A stretch of DNA of 64,000 nucleotides from positions 16,182,001 through 16,246,000 of the forward strand of contig CM022667.1 in NCBI GenBank assembly GCA_012295275.1, given 5' to 3'. The notes under the pieces were generated by a model. The model saw nothing but the letters and a program-made list of their open reading frames with translations, did no database searches and was not told where the DNA came from. A program made the translations under genes and the position numbers. Below, piece after piece: positions 15,492 through 59,727 of this stretch; the first letter of the stretch is position 1, and each line of letters opens with the position of its first letter. Source of the DNA: Chrysomallon squamiferum (lineage: Eukaryota; Animalia; Mollusca).

Positions 15492-18400
15492 TAGAATATT
15501 CAACGATATAAAACAAAGAGCATGCACAGTATGAATGTATGTATGGCCAGGGTAAACAAATACACTAAAAAGATTGAGCAGACATATTTCGGACTCTTGC
15601 CTAACTCCCGCTCAGATTTGAATTTCAGTACTTTCGAGAATATTGCGCAGGTTTTGCTGGATGTTCCGACATCCACCAAATATGGATGCACCAAATTTAG
15701 GGTCGAGAGCATCTATTGATCTCATGAAATCAAAGCTTGTAAAGATGAATTACTCGAATGCAATTATTCATTAGAGTTATCGCTCCTTGTTTAAATTATT
15801 ATATTATATTATATTATATTATATTATATTATATTATATTATATTATATTATATATTTAAACAGTTAAAATAAATAAACTATCATTATAAAGACAGTTAT
15901 AATTCAAATGTAATAAGCTTCAGGTCTTTACTCTATTTTTATTTTTTATATTATATGGATGAATGAATGAATTCTTTTCATTATTTCATTGTTAATGTTT
16001 AAAAATATATACCTATACATCCTATTTCTGAGAAAATTAGTTATACAACAATATCTTGCAAATTAAATTTGAAATATTGTAATTCGTTTTTAACAAACTG
16101 TGAACTGTAGGGAGGCACTGAGACAGATAAACAGATACACATATACAAATAAATAAATAAGGAAATAGAAAATCAATAAAAATTATTTAACAGAAGAACA
16201 AGAAAGAAAAAAAGAATCTGTTTAAAGCATGGAACTTATTTAAGCTATTTAAATTATTATAGTATAATCGATTTTGATAAGCCAGTTTTATTTATTTATT
16301 TATGTATTTTATTATATTTATTTATTTATTTATTATATTTCTTTATATTTTATTTCTTTATTCATTCATTCATTCATTCATTCATTTATACGCTTTATTT
16401 CTAATTATAATTTTTGTTTCGTATGCTGCAGCATTCAACACCAATGATGTAAACATTTCTGTCAGAGTGATTGCCCCCGGACTCTTTTATGGGTCATTTT
16501 TTTTGTGTCAACATCCATCACCCAAAGCTCCGCCAGTTTATCAAGCGAAATGTAACGTGTTTGCCTATGGGAATCTGATTCAAGTTTCAGCGAAGTTCAG
16601 AGAATCAGGATCTCTTGCCATCAGTGATGTGAAAGTATTCGGACGAAAACGAGGAGGTATGCATAGAAAATTAGCGAACGGATTTAACTTAGAAATAATA
16701 AGAACAGGATTAATTTTCATATAATATTATGTTCTAGTGTGGCAGTAGTAGCAATTTCAACCAGTAAAAGCTGTAACGGATAAGGCATATTAATGTAACC
16801 AATACGAAGACAACAACAACAAAACTGGACGACACTGGTTGCAGCAGTTTTAACACAACCACTCACCATCGTATCAATCGCTGTCTCTGTTATTACTGAA
16901 ACTGAAACTGAAAAAAATGAACGTGTTAATCAGAGCAAGCTGTTGTGAAGCCCGTCTACGACAGGCACGCTTTCTGACAGGTCGGCGGGTGTGTCTGTCG
17001 CATTCTGTTACTGTTCTGAAACTACTATTATATTCCTTCCACTCATGCAACAACAATATCAACAAAAACAACAACAACGTCAACAAAAACGACACCAACA
17101 ATAAAGAGTACTGCTATTGCTGCTGCTACTACTGTCACAGCTACTATTACTACTAACACTAATATTATTTCTGCTGTTTCTACAGCTACTACTGTTACCA
17201 CTACCACCACCTCAAGCTTTACTACTACTATCACAAATAATCATGATGATGATGATGATCATCATCATCATAATAATCATGAAAAAATAATGTTGATTAT
17301 AATAACTAAATTAACAATAACTACAACTATTAATTATCTTACAGATGGATGCGATAGGCCCCGTGCCAGAATAGGCAAGACGTACGTATACAATAGCACA
17401 TCGTTTGGCTCGACACTAACTGAACACTGCGAGGATTTCGCTCGCTATTATTACCAGGGTGGAGCAAACGAAGCATACTGTAGTGGCTCAGGCAGCGTCT
17501 TTACTGGATTCTATTCAAAGTGCAGAAGTAAGACTTTACAATTAACTGTCTGTTTGCTTCTCTATAACCCACCCAGCCATACACACATATACACACACAC
17601 GCACACACACACACACACACACAGATAAATCGTTATTATTATTATTATTTTACAGATGATGACAATGTGGCTATAGGGAAATCGGTGACTGTTGCTTCGT
17701 CCTCCGACCCCAGCAACTTGACCGACGACAATGTAAGCACTTGCACGGAAATTCGGAATTCAACTCAACCTCTCATGAAATTAGATCTGGAAGAAAATTA
17801 TGAAATAAGACTGATCACTGTGTCATATCCTCAAACAGGTTGGTTATTTCAAGGGGCTGGTGGGGGTTCTAGAGTTCAGATGTGTTTGGTCACTGAATCA
17901 GTTCTCCATGGCATTTGCATTGTTATTTTCTGTTCAAGCCTCTGCTCCTTTGATGCTCTGATGAAGATGTTCATCTGTTCTACTTTGTGAACGAGAAGGT
18001 GTTTGAAAAACATCAGTGAGAAAGAGTAGCCCATATCGTGGTGCCAGCTTTTACCTCTCTTATTATCTTCATGTACCTTAATCATATGCTTGATGCCATA
18101 CAACTGTAGTTTCCAGCGCATTCTAAAATGAAACATTATTTTCCATAAAAAAGGCGTTCTTACCGAGTTCGAATGTAATTTTGTGACATTTGTTCTAAAA
18201 AAAAAAAAAGAAAAGAAAAAAAGAACTAAATAAATACAATATAATAGTAATAAATAAATAAAGAAAGAAAGAAAGAATGAAATAAACACCACTGAGACTA
18301 ATTCAAATAACTGCTTTACTGTCGTAACCTATCAAAGACATATACTCTCAAATACCAGACTTGTGTTCCTTTGTTTGTCTGTCATTTCACTTTGCTGATA

Positions 18401-18790
18401 TCAAATCAGTTATGAGAAATACATTTTAAAACCTTCGACGTTTAAACCGTATGAAAAATTTAAAGTAAACTCAATTTTGACTGACTGAATAATAAATACA
18501 TTTATTTATTTATTTACTGTTACTAAGAATAAATATGTCTTTTTTTTTTTTCTAATTACAATATGAGAATAATCACCACTCTATATTTACTGAGTTATGA
18601 AGAAAACTAAAATGAATATTAGTGCGTACAAACGTCACGTGTGTGTGTATGCGTGCGTGTCTATATAATATAGTATTCTCTGTGTTCTTATTTCTATTAT
18701 TATAATATTTTTATTATTATCGTGTTGTTGTCGTTATTGTTGTTGTTGTTATTGTTACTATTGCTGTTGTGGTCGTTGTTGTTGTTGTTG

Positions 18791-18840
<50 letters not shown>

Positions 18841-21800
18841 GATATATATTACTTTTCTTTGTCAAACTAGAACATATATCAACCATCAATTTGGCTCTAA
18901 GTACCACTACCAGCAACGTCCCATTTTTAAAGTCTTGTGTTTGGCAGTCTAGCTCACTCTCCAACACACAGAACAGCACTCGGACGATGCTTTTTTTCTG
19001 CTCTGAGAACCCGTATGCACGATATATCAAACTGAAGTTCTGGCTATATGGAACAACTGAACTACATCTTTGTGAGCTGAGAGTATTTGGAAGACGTGAA
19101 GCTGATAAACGTATGTTTTTGTTTTAAGCAATTTTTTTTTTCTAATTTTATTTATTTTATTTTATATATATGACTATACAAATGATAACAGCAAAACTGT
19201 AATGAAAAGCAAATATACAAACATTTGTAAGTAATGATAGAAATAAATTTCTGTAAGCACGTTTATATGGATTTTCTTGTACGTGTTTGCGAGTGTTTAT
19301 TTATGTAAAATGTGTATGTACATACATATCTATGACAGTATGTAAGTGTATGCATGTGTGTACGTACATAATTTCATTCCAGTATCTAATCTATCATCCA
19401 TAATACGAGTTTAAATATACATGAACATTCACACTTCTCCTTTGTTTAATACATCAGCTCTTGAATGTTTGGAATCAACGAATGGATATGAATACAAGGG
19501 TCAAGTAAATTTTTCGATGACGGGACGGACCTGTATTCCTTGGGCCAATACGTCTTACTCATTCAACTATTTGCCTGACTACGATCTAGGAAACAGATGT
19601 CGCAATCCATTTAAAACCAGAAGCAAGCCTTGGTGTTACATAACCGTGCACGGAGACTGGGAATTCTGTCCTATTCCATACTGCAGTAAGTTTTTTATAT
19701 CTAATATTGTCCTATTCCGTTCTAGCAGTAAGTTTTCATGTCTACTGTTACAGAACAGTGTACGGAGATTGATCTTATTGTCTTGTCTGTACATTTATGC
19801 ATGCTTAGCCATCATCTTGCATATCTTACATATCACACAGCCAAATAACATTGTAACCGTCCACCATCAACAAGGCAACCTGTTCAAAACGGTATCTGTT
19901 TTCTGCCTACATACTTCCATTGATACACACATACACAAACATGTACACATTATACATACATTCATATATACATACATACACACATACATTCATTAGGTAG
20001 ATACATAGCGTTTAAACTTATATAATAAGAGAAAGAGTTCGTATAATTAATTACAGGATGCAAGAGAGTATTCAAATATGCCATTTTACAATTAATGAGT
20101 TTTCATTTTCTGTTTCCTTTTTCCGAAGAAGACATATGTTCGTACGGAAAATCTGGAGACAGATATGTAGGACAAATAGGAAAAACGAAATCAGGACGCA
20201 CGTGCCAGAGATGGGATAAGGATGAACATCACGCACACGCATTCAAGTATTTTGGACTCTTCCCTGACAGTAAAGTTAACCACGCTTACTGTCGCAATCC
20301 TATAACGTCCCAATCGAGTCCCTGGTGTTTCACAACCAACACCTCAGTGAGATACGAGGCCTGCAATATTCCACCTTGTCGTGAGTATAATTTGTGTGAT
20401 TTATGTTAGTCTCCTAAAAATTACTATCAAGCAGATTGATTTAATGCTTTAATTAGTATCACAACACCTCAGTCAGATACGAAGCCTGCAGGATTTAACC
20501 TTGTCGTAAGTATAAATTGTGTGATCTAAATTAGTCTCTTGAAATGTCAACCCATCGAGCATACTGATCTAATCCTTTAATTAGTCCTTAAAAATACTTC
20601 ATTGTTTCACAACACTTCAGACAAATACAAGTCACGTAGCATTTCTTATTGTCGTAAGTTTAAATTAGTGTCATGGTTTATCATATTATTAAAAGAAAAA
20701 AACTAAAAAAAAAAAAAAAAAAAAAAAAAAATGTCATGATCCTGTAACGTCCAGTACCGGTTTCTGGTTTGTGATAATTAAAATTCAATGAAATATGAAG
20801 CATATCGAACGTGTTCATTTGGTCTACGTATACATTTCTCGACATCTCTAGAGAGAGAGAGAGATAAAGACACACACATCCGTACACATTACACACACAT
20901 ACATAAATATATATATAAAGTGGTACCTTGACTTACGAGTTTAATTATTTCCGTGACCGAGCTCATAACTCAATTTGCTCGTATATCAAATCAATTTTCC
21001 AAAATCAAATTAACTGAAATACCATTAATCCGTTCCAGAACACATCCAAAAACACCCCAAATTTTTGTAACATGGTTTTAAATAAGAAAAATGTATTTAC
21101 AAATGATAAATATTGTATAAAAAAACAAAATAAAACAGAATGTAAAGAAATAAATTGGTTTTGTAAAGTGTACAGGGTTAGGGTTTCTCCATCTTTCCAT
21201 GGACAGAGGTCCGCAGCTTGGAAATTATTTTAACGTTCTTCGTTTGAGTTACAGCCTTTATCGACTCCTTCTGCTTCAATATTGTACATATCGTAAAACT
21301 ACTATGCTGGTTCCACCTAACCACTTCGACTACTCGGACACCTTACTCATGTGTTTCTCTGATTTCATGTTTTAATTCAGTGGACATCATCCGTTTCTTT
21401 TTCTCAGCACTGTCCTTTGCACTCACTTTCTTAGGATCCATTGACATTTGGCAAAATACTGCACAAAACGCGAACACAAGACAACAGAGATGCTTCTACA
21501 GCGAGGTAACCACGTGAATGAAACGATTGAGACGCGGGATGCTGATCGGATGTCGTGTAGTTCGTTGCGTCAACTAGCGGCGGTATATCTGAAGCTCGCT
21601 CGTAACTCGGATATTGGCTCGGAACTCAAAGCAAAAACTCTGCCGGTCGACTGCTCATAACTCGGAAAACTCGTTAGTTAGAGTACTCATAAGTTGAGGT
21701 ACCACTGTATATATATATGACGTCAACAATAAAACTATTTTACTTACGACTATTACTATTAACAGTAATTGTTTCACTTTATTATACCGGCGTTTTCAGG

Positions 21801-23823
21801 TGTTTTTAGCCATTCAGTTTTATTTGTTTCAGCAACAGAGTATGAAGTGTTGATATTCGGAGTTTACAACGCAAGCTTAGAGAACTATTTTCACAGTCAA
21901 CAACAGTGCTTTCACTGGCTAAATGGAGGATACGTCCAGGCGGTTCCACTGGATAATCCTGAAGTTATTTGCAATAACAGATACGACACTGTCGTAACGC
22001 TTTGTCAAAATACGACCGAGAAGAACAACAACTGGAGATACGCAATTATTGAATGTCGTACGTAATGTATCGCAGTTTAATATTCAGAATGTTGTTGTTT
22101 TCTCACTTTTGTAGAAACAAAAACTGAGAACAATTATGAACAAAACTTTGAAATTTCACATCTTGTATGTACAGAAATAGAGAACTGGGCACCATTTATT
22201 ATATCCTTACACTCATTATTTCTGTTTACAGCCCCATCAACTACTACATCGACATCATTACCAACAACAGTTGTCATGTCGACAACGACACCAACAGCTA
22301 CTACCACGTCAACAATGACATCAACAATAGCCAATTCGACAATGACATCAGCAACTACCTCGTCAACAACAATATCAACAGCTACCAATTCGACAACGAC
22401 TCCAACAACTACCACGTCGACATCAACGACTACTACAACATCGACGACACCAATAACTAGCACGTCGACAACACCAACACCTACCTCCACATGGACAGCG
22501 TCACTAGTAACACCAACCAGTAACTCCACAACGACACCAACAACTTCCATGTCAACAATGACACCAACAGCTACTGCCATGTCGACAGTAACACCAACAC
22601 CTACCTCAACATCGACAACGTCAGCAACAACATCAACGTCACCTACAACACCCACCAACTCCACAATGACTCCAACAGCTACTACCAACACGACAATGAC
22701 ACCAACAACTACCAATTCGACAACGACTTCAACAACTACCACGTCGACATCAACAACAACAACATCGACACCAACAACAAGTACGTCAACAACATCAACT
22801 ACCACTTCGACAACACCAATACCTCCCTCAACATCCACAACGACACCAACAACTACCACGTCAACAGTGACATCGACAACTAGCACGTCGACAACATCAA
22901 CTACCACGTCGACAACACCAACACCTACCTCAACATTGGCAACGTCACCAATAACACCCACCAGCAACGCCACGACACCAACAACTACTGCCATGTCGAC
23001 AATGACACCAACAGCTACCACACTGATAACAACAACACCTAACTCAACATCGACAATGTCAGCAACAACATTGGCAACGTCACCAATAACACCCACCAGC
23101 AACGCCACGACACCAACAACTACTGCCATGTCGACAATGACACCAACAACTACCACATTGACAACAACACCTAACTCAACATCGACAACGTCACCTACGA
23201 CAATGACACCAACAACTACCAATTCGACGACTTCAACAACTACCACGTCGACATCAACAACAACAACAACATCTACAACGACACCAACAACTACCAAGTC
23301 GACAACATCAACAACTACTACAACATCGACAACATCACCAACAGACACCACCACATCAACAACATCAACAACTACTACGACATCCGCATCAACATCTTCG
23401 GCATCAACAACTACCACGTCATCCACAGGATCCACGACTACTATGAAAATAACATCAACTTCGACAGCATCAGATACTGCGTCAGCTACAACGGCTCCAC
23501 CTATTACAAGGCAATGCCTTGCTCGTGTTTGGAATTTCACATCTCTGATTGCCTGTAAATGTGGACGCAAGTACACACCACAGGTCACAAGCGAGGTAGA
23601 AGAAACAGTCAAGGAAATTAAGAAGACTCTCACAGTTGACAAAACGACCATTTCTAGACACAAACGTTTGTACTACAGCGTTCCAGATTATAGGCCGTCG
23701 TCGGTGACGCTGGGCACATCGTCAATAGTGATCATATGCTTGGTGTTAGGATTCATAGCCATGTCGGACATTTCTCGTTTGGTGTGGTGGCTATTTAAGA
23801 AAATAACAAATAAAACTGATTAA
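13042..23823 (+). CDS. G2: complete Sushi-Sushi-FTP-Sushi-FTP-Kringle-Kringle-4Cys-mucin-TM protein, about 1245 aa
   Basis: Exons: 13042-13108 (signal peptide MEYAKWIIQTYWCLVFSVLCVC), 13713-13895, 14590-14766, 14975-15157, 16432-16656, 17345-17527, 17656-17838, 18871-19110, 19458-19685, 20129-20380, 21833-22057, 22232-23823. Total 3738 nt, all phase-1 GT-AG introns, no internal stop. Confidence 0.9.
20440..20660 (+). repeat. Decayed tandem copies of the Kringle-2 exon 3' end plus splice donor (G2)
   Basis: acaacacctcagtcagatacgaagcctgcaggatttaaccttgtc|gtaag (donor after 20505) and ..tttcacaacacttcagacaaatacaagtcacgtagcatttcttattgtc|gtaag (after 20653) echo the exon end at 20330-20380. Confidence 0.8.
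20918..21707 (-). mobile_element. Tigger/pogo-derived non-autonomous DNA transposon (MITE family A), copy 1
   Basis: Terminal inverted repeats (a)AGTGGTACCTTGACTTACGAGT ... ACTCATAAGTTGAGGTACCACTG with TA flanks. The interior is the reverse complement of the copy at 47785-48586 (actcactttcttaggatccat = ATGGATCCTAAGAAAGTGAGT). Confidence 0.85.
22933..23200 (+). repeat. 135-bp (45-aa) tandem duplication within the G2 mucin stalk
   Basis: The segment acattggcaacgtcaccaataacacccaccagcaacgccacgacaccaacaactactgccatgtcgacaatgacacca occurs at 22933 and again at 23068. Confidence 0.85.
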
Positions 23824-25749
23824 GAATACTGTTACGATTATGATACAAATGAGATTTGTAATTGTTGTTGTTCTTGTTGTTCTACATTTATTAATTTATT
23901 TGTCTTTCTGTCTGTGATCCTTTCTTTGATTTTTGTTTGTTTTTGTTATTTATTTATTTATTTATTTACAGATAATTTTTGCTTATACGTTTACGGCAAT
24001 AAATTTGTTTTCAAATCCTTTGATTTTCCTTGTTTGTACTCAGATGTATCATTTTACGAAAATGAAGTACGTTACTTATATGCGTTCTTTATTTACGAGA
24101 GTGAAAAATTTTACGAAAATGAAGTAACGGAGGGAGATAAAGTGAAAGAGAAAAATCTAACAGACTATAAAGGTTATTTATATAAAGACACACAAATGAA
24201 TTATCTGTACATTTGTTTTACGAAATATAACAGGAATTTGTCTCAATGGTTTATGAGGTTTATATTTATTAACGAAAAAAAAAATGAAATAAAATATAAT
24301 AAAATAAAACAAAATAAAATAAAATTTAAAAATAAAATTCCACAAGGAAAAAAATATATATATATATTTTTAGTAAACTAATATATTTATTTAGTAGTAA
24401 CTCAAAACCAGTCTTTCATAACAATAAAGTATACAATAGTAATAAAAGTCTGCGGGCATTCGTAGAATATGAGAAATTAGAATTTATTTACTCCTAACTT
24501 AATCCTGCGGCTTGTTATAGTATTGATACAATTTATTAGTAGCAAAAGATAGCTGCATGTTCAAACTAATCAATAAAATGAACTACAGAAGGTTTCTTTA
24601 GATATTTGTTCACGTTGCACAAGATAACGTAAGTCAATAAATGTATATTTGGAAATTTCTAACAGTCAAGTACTGCAGGCGTTTCTGTTGTTTTCCGCGG
24701 ATATAGAGACAATAAACTTAAACTATGAAGGTACAACAAATATAATGATAATAATAAACCAAAAATACCTGCATTTTTAACTGAGGAAGTCATTGAAAAT
24801 TGATTTACTCTTATACCGAAAACACTTGCAAAGATTGATGTTTTCTGTTCACGTCATCAAGCGGTTTCCTGTATATACAAATACAATTTTTGGTCGTCTA
24901 AAATTTGAAATAGAAATCGGATTGTATTTTTTTATGATTTAGCTTAACAACAGTGAAAGATAATTTTCCAAACAATACGTATTATATTATGAGTGGCTTT
25001 TCATTCGTGTCCCTTTCATCCAATGTTCTAGAAAATGCAAAAGTCGATGGATTATGAAGTCATATCCGGTGTATAGGAACGCAGTGGTGTAACATACGTA
25101 AGTTCATAATAAACACGTTTCTAAGCAAAAAAAAAAAAAATAAATAAATATATAAAATAAAACTGACAAATAAATGAATAAATAAAAAAATAAATAAATA
25201 AAAAAGGAACAGATAAGTAAATATAAATATAAATAATAAAAAAAAAAAAAAAAAATAACTAACTAAATAAATAACAATGAACTCTATTAAAATTTAATAG
25301 AAAAGTTAGCCAGCAAACAGTTAAGTTTATATTAAGTTTGAATTTGTATCGCTGCCGTACAATCAGAATATACTAAGACAAAAGTAGCATCGTTCATCGT
25401 CGAGTACAGAAAAGCCAGCACTTTGTTAGTGTCTATGCACAAAATACATCAATTCTGAATAGTATCGCTGTCACTTTGAGGTTTTCTACAAGTCATATAA
25501 AAACATAGTCAATAACGTACATGTCACTAATAGTACTAAAACTGCTTTCTCTAAGTATGTACATTTTGGTTTTGTATCGTTGACACCAGGACGTTACAGA
25601 GAAGATAGGTAAATGGAAAATCATTAAAACATGTTCTGAGCATGTATTAAGACAAGAATACTGCTTGTTTCATCCAGTACGTTAGAAACAGTGATATGAA
25701 AGGCTTTGCACTAAGTCTGTAACTATTACAAAGCTTTGTGGAAAATCAC

Positions 25750-25786
<37 letters not shown>

Positions 25787-26652
25787 AGACTTCCGAGATT
25801 TCTCCTTGAAAGTGAACAACCAAAATATCGACCTTTACGTAATTGACTTGGCTGCAGTTTTGTAAAGGAAATGAAAACGTTACTTAAACATTTCAACAAG
25901 GCGCTTTCTGTTCATGATACCTTAAGTCTTAAACTTTCGAACTGCATCGATATCAACTAATCCCTTCCAGGCATTTAACACTGGTGTTCTTTAAAGTGTA
26001 TTGTCAGGTCTGGTTGTCCAGTAACACAAAAACACGCGTTAAAACTTTAATATTTCTCTCTTTTTTTATTGCTGGATCTCCATTGTAATAGAAGTACCTT
26101 GTAAGTAAACACCACAACGGACGCATTTTTTGCTGTTTTGTTGATCTTTGGATGATGTTCCAAAACAATGAATGAAGAAAGTCTTTATAAAATATTAATT
26201 TTGTAAATCAAACAAAGTTCTTCTGTTTATCTTCCTGGATTCGTCTTCATTGTCTTCTTATTCGTCATGTTTATTTTTCTTGGATTTCTTTTTTTGTTTT
26301 AGTCTATCTTTCATGTGCTGTAACAATTCACCTCGATTTAAACCTGAAGAAACTGTTAAAGTCTGAGATTTATAGATTATATGTGCATAACAATAAAAGC
26401 TGAACTGAATAGCTGTAATGCTATTTTTATTCCTTTTAACACCGAATTATAAGAATTTTCAGCCAATAGCAGTGAAACAACAATGTATCTGAGCTTAGCA
26501 ATGGTTTAGTGAAACAAGTTAGCAGTTAGTTATAAATAAAAATTATTCTTTCCGATTTTTATTTTGTTTAGGATCACAGAGTCTTGTTGAGCATGGGTTT
26601 ATGAAGACTAGTTTCTGTAATGTTTTGGATAACAACTCTGTTGGAGTGAAAA

Positions 26653-42878
<16,226 letters not shown>

Positions 42879-43516
42879 TTTGTTAAATTAAACAAAAAAA
42901 ATTAAAAAAAAAAAAGTACTGTTGACTTTATGGCAGACTGCGGGTGTAGAGATTTTTTTAAAAAGCCATTCGTTATTACTAAATTACACTGTAGATAATC
43001 GACAGACAGAATTTTTGAATGTCTATAAAAATGTACGACATTATACAGCATACACTGTCATTAGTATTTAGATTTAAATAGTTTTTATTTATATATTTCA
43101 AAGTATAGAAAATCACAGAGTGACAGTTACTTTCATTTCTAGAACACAGTGACTTCAAAATAAATTTCAAAAAGGCTGTTTAATATTTAACACACACACA
43201 AAATTGTGTGTGTTACAGTGAATATATATAATCACGGATAATGAATATTCCCTGACATTTTTAATGTATTATGTGTAATGTGTGTTTCACTTAGGAATGA
43301 TGTATAATCTCTGAATATTTCACACAATATCTGAAATTTAGTTAGATATTTTATACATATACTATTTTTTTATATATCATTATACTTAAATTACCCCATC
43401 ATTTTGACAACAAAAAAAGAGGCCTAAATCTTAATTTTTCTGTTTAAGTAATAAGGAATTACTCATAATCAATGGCTTGATTATTTTTATATTTAAAAAA
43501 AAGAAGAAAAATACAC

Positions 43517-43589
<73 letters not shown>

Positions 43590-44880
43590 GGCAATAGATA
43601 TATGAACCTATGATAATTTTTTTTTTCGCTGTCTACACATCGATTATTTCTTCTTTTGTTTCGAAGAGAAAGGTTTGTATGTATCACATACCTTAAGGTG
43701 ATGAGTCATTTACAAATATTAAACAACCATAACTACCTCTGATCACGGTCACGGAGACGCGATCACGGAATCTTTCAGACTACACTCTAAGTCTTTGACT
43801 AACGCTGATGTTGCTAGACGTATCCATAAATTATTTAATTTTTCTTGCAAAACAAAAGTGACAATTGGTCTTTTAGACAATATCTTCGATTACAGACAAA
43901 ATATAAAGATCGAATTTTCTCAACGTATTGATGTAACAACTGAAATCAAGTCATGCGAATCCGGTCGTTCAATGATATGACGTAAAAAATATGTTGTTTA
44001 TTCACACGTAGCTTGGCTGAAGAGGTCAGTTTTAGATATTTGTTTGCTGTACTTCTGCTCAAATAAAACGCCCGGCAAAACGAAACACTGTTAAGTCTCC
44101 TGTTATTGATGCCTTTTGTTTTTGTTTAGTTATTGGTCTTGTTTTCGATTAGTGTTTTTCTTCTTCTTTCTCTTTTCTGGTTATTTTGGTTTTGTTAGTA
44201 TGGTTTTTAATATTTGTGAAAGTTGTTATTTCTCTATTTGATTTGGTTTTATGGTATTTTATTCTATTTTATTTATTTTATTTATATTTAACATTGAGCT
44301 ATACCGAACCATGTGAATCGACATTAACTACTTTTCAACGATATACAAATTATATATATGCTATATTAAAAATGTGAAGGTCCAACTCTATTTAATATAA
44401 GTGGTATTTAATATCATGCCACACTGAACTAGATTTAAAAATAAAGCTATCCCCGGATTCATCTCTGTTAACAGCAGAAACATTCAACTATATTTAAGGA
44501 TACAGCGATTCAATTATATTGAATTTTGTGACGCCAGGTTCAGCTATATTTAAAAATGTGAAAATTCTACTATATATATAAAGATATATATTTTTTGTAT
44601 GAAAATTAACTTAGTTTTATTAATATGTATGTATGTATAATATGTATGTGTGTGTGTGTGTGTATGTGTAAATGTGTTGGTGAGTCATGAAATATTGAAT
44701 AAGAACAGTATCTTTTGTCTGCTGTTTAGAGTCTGCTATTAATATTTTAAGAATGAGAAACAGCAAGATCCGTTAATATTTTAAGATACATTGTTATTTT
44801 TTAAATGAATACATTTCAGTAGAGAAACAGTTATTAATATATGATTTCCTTGATCTCTTTTCTTTGAATTTTGTAAAAAG

Positions 44881-44913
<33 letters not shown>

Positions 44914-44960
44914 TAGTATTATTGTTACTGTTATTATTAGTATTATTGTTATTATTTTTA

Positions 44961-44994
<34 letters not shown>

Positions 44995-46003
44995 ATGTTT
45001 TCTTTACTGAATGGATTTTATATATCCTTTGCTACTGCTTTGAAAGTTATAACTAAAAAAATAGTAACAGCGCGAAACCTGTTCAGTTTCGCAGTTTATT
45101 TAACTTTGCTAATTTAATTGATTAAACACACACTTTGCTCTTTCCACTTTATTACAAATGCTGAACGGATTCCGTCATCGTAAACCATGATTTCAATAAG
45201 AACAGTATAATAAACCAAGGGAGTGTTAACATAACCTATTAAGCTTATAAAATAATTACATTTAAGGTTGGTTAATTAGTGCGAAAGATAAATAATTCAA
45301 TGTTTATTTATAAAACGAAGTTTGCTAATAAAATCACAGCTGCAGTTATTAATGACATGATGACAAATAAACATGCTGCTGTTTGTATTATAAATGCACT
45401 GACGTCATGTTTTGGTAGAGTCTCCATGAACACTACGGTTTCAAAACATATACACGTCAGTGGGTACAGGGCGTTTATATGTATCTATAATAATAGTAAA
45501 AAAAAGTTTTCACCAACGATATTGGATTGACATTAGTAATGAAAAGAACTAACTAGAAAATTAACCAACCAGCCAACCAAACAACCAAACAACCAAACAA
45601 AAAACTAACTAACTAACTAACTAACTAAATAAATAAATAAAAAACTAACTAAATAAAAAAGAATAGCAGTTTACTGAACGTCGATTTATGAAAACGCGAA
45701 TCATTATAATATTCCCAAGGACCATTTGTAATAAAATCGTGGTCGTAAACCTTACAAGACAACATTAATTTAATTACAAAGAAAATAGAAACTGTCCTTT
45801 CTTATTTTAATGATTATTAATTTTTAATTAAGTTCTGTTCAAAAACCGTAACATATACATATAATACACACTGCATATATACAATAGTATTTTGAAATAT
45901 AAATTAATTTGTACAAATAATATGTTATTGATTGTTGAGAAGAGCGATAGTAATAAACTATAAATTTGTGTTCTAGTAATTAATTGGTTTTCAAACGAAC
46001 GGG

Positions 46004-59253
<13,250 letters not shown>

Positions 59254-59637
59254 TACGGGTCGGGAACCAGCACTTTTGTTGGAGAAGAGTACTTAATGAC
59301 CTAACATAACAACAGGACGGTTGTTAAATTTATGTAGCTGTACTGAAGAACAACAGAGGACTCAATTATGAATCTTTTATATGGTGTAAGAAAAAAAAAA
59401 AATAAAAATAAAAATTTAGCAAGCATCTGCTTTTCCGCTTTATATACTTATTTATTTTCATTTTCGAGTCAAATATAACTACAATGGTTGAAGTCTATCT
59501 ACGGTGAATATAAATTTAAAGATAAAAGTGTTTCTCCGTAAAATCGTAGTTATCGTTCTTGTGTATCTTTCTTCGTTACTTTATTATACAGAGCCAAAAT
59601 CTTTCCTATCAGAATTACATATGAAGTATTTTAATAT

Positions 59638-59727
<90 letters not shown>

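Noticed and set aside
17860-18140. Higher-complexity intronic segment with a 138-aa minus-strand ORF (17876-18292)
   Set aside because: No recognisable motif, and the ORF start lies in simple repeats. It may be a TE fragment but I cannot support that.
20380-20660. Regularly spaced repeats that superficially resemble a CRISPR-like array
   Set aside because: The context is a eukaryotic intron, the whole unit is degenerate and derives from the exon end, and there are no cas genes.
22134-23663. 509-aa Val-rich minus-strand ORF (similar ones at 8943-9590, 42068-42538 and 57987-58754)
   Set aside because: These are antisense shadows of Thr/Ser mucin exons; ACN/TCN codon runs rarely produce reverse-strand stops.
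25560-26420. Coding-like intergenic stretch between G2 and G3
   Set aside because: No ORF of 60 aa or more in the track, an internal poly-A run and no identifiable domain. It may be a decayed transposon but I cannot assign it.
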